Source of the DNA: an uncultured bacterium
GTDB lineage: Bacteria > Krumholzibacteriota > Krumholzibacteriia > LZORAL124-64-63
Direction of reading: 5' to 3'
Length of the DNA: 64,000 bases
Assembly (NCBI GenBank): GCA_963732385.1
Contig: CAVSZB010000006.1
Location: 32,001 to 96,000, forward strand
Of this stretch, positions 61,113 through 64,000 are shown in pieces. The first letter of the stretch is position 1, and every line of letters begins with the position of its first letter. The notes under the pieces are model-generated. The model saw only the letters and a program-made list of their open reading frames with translations, was not told the origin of the DNA and ran no database searches. The position numbers and the translations under genes are program-made.

Positions 61113-63215
61113 ATGTCCGACCGCGCCACCCCCCTCACCCCTGCGCGGATCCGCCGCGATGGCAATGCCCTGCAGCGCGAAACCTCGCTCTACCTGCGTC
61201 AGCACGCCCACAATCCGCTCGACTGGCGGCCGTGGGGTGACGAGGCGCTCGAGCGCGCGCGGGTGGGCCGGCTGCCGATCTTCCTGTCGATCGGCTACGC
61301 GTCGTGCCACTGGTGCCATGTCATGGAGCGCGAGGTGTTCGAGAACGACGAAGTGGCGGCGTACCTGAACGCGCATTTCGTCTGCATCAAGGTCGACCGC
61401 GAGGAACGTCCCGACCTCGACGCCGTCTACATGGACGCCGTCCAGGGGATGACCGGCGCGGGCGGCTGGCCGCTGTCGGTCTTCCTGACCGCCGACGCGC
61501 AGCCGATCTACGGCGGCACGTACTTCCCGGCGCCGCAGTTCCTCGAACTGGCGCGCCGGGTGCGCGAAGTGTACGTGACGCGGACCGGCGAGGTGGAGGA
61601 GCAGGCTGCCGCCGTCGCGGCGCGCCTGCTGGCGGGCCCGACCTTCGCCGACGAAGCGGCCGGCGGCGTCATCGACGCCGAGCTGATCGACGCCGTCGCC
61701 GCGCGCGCGGTCGCGCTGTTCGACCCGGAGTGGGGCGGTTTCACCGGCCCGGCGAAGTTTCCTGTCCCGCCGCGCTGGCAGTTCCTGCTGCACCACCACC
61801 GCCGCACCGGCGACGTGCGGTCGGCCCGCCTGCTTGGCCTGACCCTCACCACGATGGCCTCGGGCGGCATCTACGACCACGTCGGCGGCGGCTTCCACCG
61901 CTACGCCACCGATGCGGCGTGGCTCGTGCCGCACTTCGAGAAGATGCTCTACGACAACGCCCTCCTGGCGAGCCTCTACCTCGAGGCCGGCCTGGTCCTG
62001 CAGCAGCCGCTGCTGCTGGCGGTCGCCCGCGACACGCTCGCCTTCCTGGTGCGGGAGATGAGCGGCCCCGAAGGGGGCTTCTACGCCAGCTTCGATGCCG
62101 ACAGTGGCGGCCTGGAGGGGAGCTACTACGTCTGGACGCCCGACGACCTCTCCCTCGTGGCCGGACCGGAGGACGGGCCGGCGCTGGCCGGCCTGCTCGG
62201 CGTGACCGCAGCCGGCAACTTCGCCGACGGCGCGAGCGTGCTGACCCGCCGCGCCGACCTCGCCGAACTGGCCGCGCGCCACGGTCGCGACGAGGCGGAG
62301 ATCGCCGCCCTCTTCAACGAATATCGCGATGAACTGCGCGACTATCGCGACCGTCGCGAAGGTCCCACCCTCGACACCAAGGTGATCACCGCCTGGAACG
62401 GCCTGGCCATCTCCGCCCTGGCCCAGGCGTACGGCGCCACCGGCGAGCCGGCCTGGCGCATCGCCGCCGAGCGCGCCGCCGACTGGCTCGAACAGGCCCA
62501 CCGCCGCCCCGACGGCCGCCTCCTGCGTGCCGGCACCGACGGCCCCGCCACCGGCGACGGCATTCTCGAAGACTACGCCTTCCTCGCCGTCGGCCTGCTC
62601 GACCTCTACCAGGCCACCGGCGATGAGTCGCGCCTGCGTCGCGCCCTCGAGCTGATCGACATCACCCGGCGCGACTTCGCCGACCCCGCCGGAGGCTGCT
62701 GGCTGACCGCCGCCGCCGCCGAAGTCCCCCTCGGCCGCAAGACCGAGCTGTTCGACAGCGTGACCCCCTCCGGCAATTCCGCCTTCCTCCAGGCCCTGCT
62801 GCGCGCCGCCGCCCTGACCGGCCGCGATGAGTACCGGGAAGAGGCCGCCCGCACGATTGCGCGCTACGCCGTCATCATGGAAAAAGCGGGGCTGGAGATG
62901 GCCTGGTGGTTCGATGCGGCTTTGCGGCTGAACGGACCGTTCTATGACGTGGTGGTGGCCGGCGATCCCGCCGACGCGGCGACGCGCGCGCTGACCGCCA
63001 CGGTCACCCGCCTGCTGCCGCCGCATGTGACGCTGGCGCGGGTGTCGGCGGCGGGAGCGTCTGCGGATCTCGCTGCCCTGCTGCCCGCCGCGACGGGCAA
63101 GGTCGCGCGGGATGGCGGGCCGTGCGCCTACGTGTGCGAGCACGGCGCCTGCCTCGAACCGGCCACGGACCCGGACGCGTTGCGCGAGCAGTTGCTGGCG
63201 GGGTGGGCGAGGTAG
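61113..63215 (+). CDS. YyaL/SSP411-like thioredoxin-domain protein (DUF255)
   Basis: 'SLYLRQHA.NP.DW', 'CHWCHVME', 'KVDREERPD', 'PHFEKMLYDNA', 'DTKVITAWNGL'. Confidence 0.92.
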   Translation: MSDRATPLTPARIRRDGNALQRETSLYLRQHAHNPLDWRPWGDEALERARVGRLPIFLSIGYASCHWCHVMEREVFENDEVAAYLNAHFVCIKVDREERPDLDAVYMDAVQGMTGAGGWPLSVFLTADAQPIYGGTYFPAPQFLELARRVREVYVTRTGEVEEQAAAVAARLLAGPTFADEAAGGVIDAELIDAVAARAVALFDPEWGGFTGPAKFPVPPRWQFLLHHHRRTGDVRSARLLGLTLTTMASGGIYDHVGGGFHRYATDAAWLVPHFEKMLYDNALLASLYLEAGLVLQQPLLLAVARDTLAFLVREMSGPEGGFYASFDADSGGLEGSYYVWTPDDLSLVAGPEDGPALAGLLGVTAAGNFADGASVLTRRADLAELAARHGRDEAEIAALFNEYRDELRDYRDRREGPTLDTKVITAWNGLAISALAQAYGATGEPAWRIAAERAADWLEQAHRRPDGRLLRAGTDGPATGDGILEDYAFLAVGLLDLYQATGDESRLRRALELIDITRRDFADPAGGCWLTAAAAEVPLGRKTELFDSVTPSGNSAFLQALLRAAALTGRDEYREEAARTIARYAVIMEKAGLEMAWWFDAALRLNGPFYDVVVAGDPADAATRALTATVTRLLPPHVTLARVSAAGASADLAALLPAATGKVARDGGPCAYVCEHGACLEPATDPDALREQLLAGWAR

Positions 63216-63592
63216 GGGGGGCGTTCGCTGTCGCAACGCGGTGTGAAATCCTCCCGGTCGACCGGGGCCGGTTGTTACGCCCAGGCACCGCCCTTCTCGA
63301 CGCGCAGGTCCCAGGCGGGGTACAATGCAAGGAGGCGGCGGGATGCGTCAGGCGACCGCCAGGGGCGAGGCGCCTGTTCGTCCTCCCCGCCATGCGTTCA
63401 GCCGACGAGTCGGGGTGCACGCCATGTACGGGCTGGGGATGGGAAGCGGGGGTTTGCATGGGGACGCACAGTTCGCGCGGTGGCGGCCCGGTTGCCCGTG
63501 GCGTCGATTCGCCTGCGTCTCGGCGGGCACGCGAGCCATGGAGCGCGGGCCCATGAACGCTGCGGACAGGCGGCCGGCGCCGGAGGAACCGG

Positions 63593-64000
63593 ATGTCGGG
63601 CGCTGACCTCGCGGATCGCGGCCCCGGTCCGGCCCCTCCATCCCGCCGCACCAGTCTCGGCCGGTTGCTGCGCTATCTGAAGCCGCACTGGCGTCGGCAG
63701 GTCGTCACGCTGGGCTTCCTGGTCTCCGGAACTGGCGTCTCGCTGCTGGTCCCGCTGCTGATCAGGCGGATCGTGGACGTGGCGCTGCCCGCGCGGGACG
63801 GGGCGCAGCTCCTGCAACTCGTGGGCATGATGGCGGGCATCCATCTGCTGTCCGCCCTGCTGCTGCTCGCCACCGATTACTACTTCCTGCGCGTGAGCAA
63901 CGCCATCGTGCTCGATCTGCGACGCGACATGCACGACCACCTGCTGCGTCTGTCGCTCGATTATTTCGAGGGGAACAAGGCCGGCCAGACGATGGCGCGG
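63593..64000 (+). CDS. ABC exporter (fused TMD-NBD type), 3'-truncated by window edge
   Basis: Open to the edge: 'RLLRYLKPHW...PLLIRRIVD...DLRRDMHDHLLRLSLDYF...G..MAR'; GGAGG RBS. Confidence 0.85.
   Translation, partial: MSGADLADRGPGPAPPSRRTSLGRLLRYLKPHWRRQVVTLGFLVSGTGVSLLVPLLIRRIVDVALPARDGAQLLQLVGMMAGIHLLSALLLLATDYYFLRVSNAIVLDLRRDMHDHLLRLSLDYFEGNKAGQTMAR

Overview
High-GC (~70% by eye) diderm bacterial chromosome segment. Gene content and the WGxxK-type C-terminal tails suggest an FCB-associated candidate lineage such as Krumholzibacteriota or Latescibacterota (inference). It contains a complete Pho locus (phoB-phoR, 11-bp-phased Pho-box-like repeats, porin, pstSCAB-phoU), an ECF sigma/anti-sigma/DUF4097 operon, corA, several transporters, an N-terminally extended SppA, prpD with a fused homoaconitase-type aconitase, and an iscA-actABCDEF(G) alternative complex III operon behind an IscR/Rrf2-like operator. 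There are three accessory regions. (1) An IS110/IS1111-type element (21881-23400) has sub-terminal inverted repeats and a 3' non-coding region that folds by eye into a two-loop bridge-RNA-like structure. Its guide segments match the element's own ends and the actual target, which is the Tyr-Arg-Stop end of a secreted-protein gene. (2) An AAA/DUF4143 ATPase islet is flanked by a duplicated host gene end. (3) A decayed defence island holds hsdM, rhuM and glyoxalase remnants plus an intact AbiEi/AbiEii pair whose toxin has a ParD-like tail. The most interesting lead is that two unrelated secreted proteins share a C-terminal tail xP(V/I)(E/D)xxSWxxVKxxYR, a candidate protein-sorting signal, and the IS110 RNA guide appears programmed to hit the codons that end that tail. 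All family calls come from motif recognition by eye; no searches were run.
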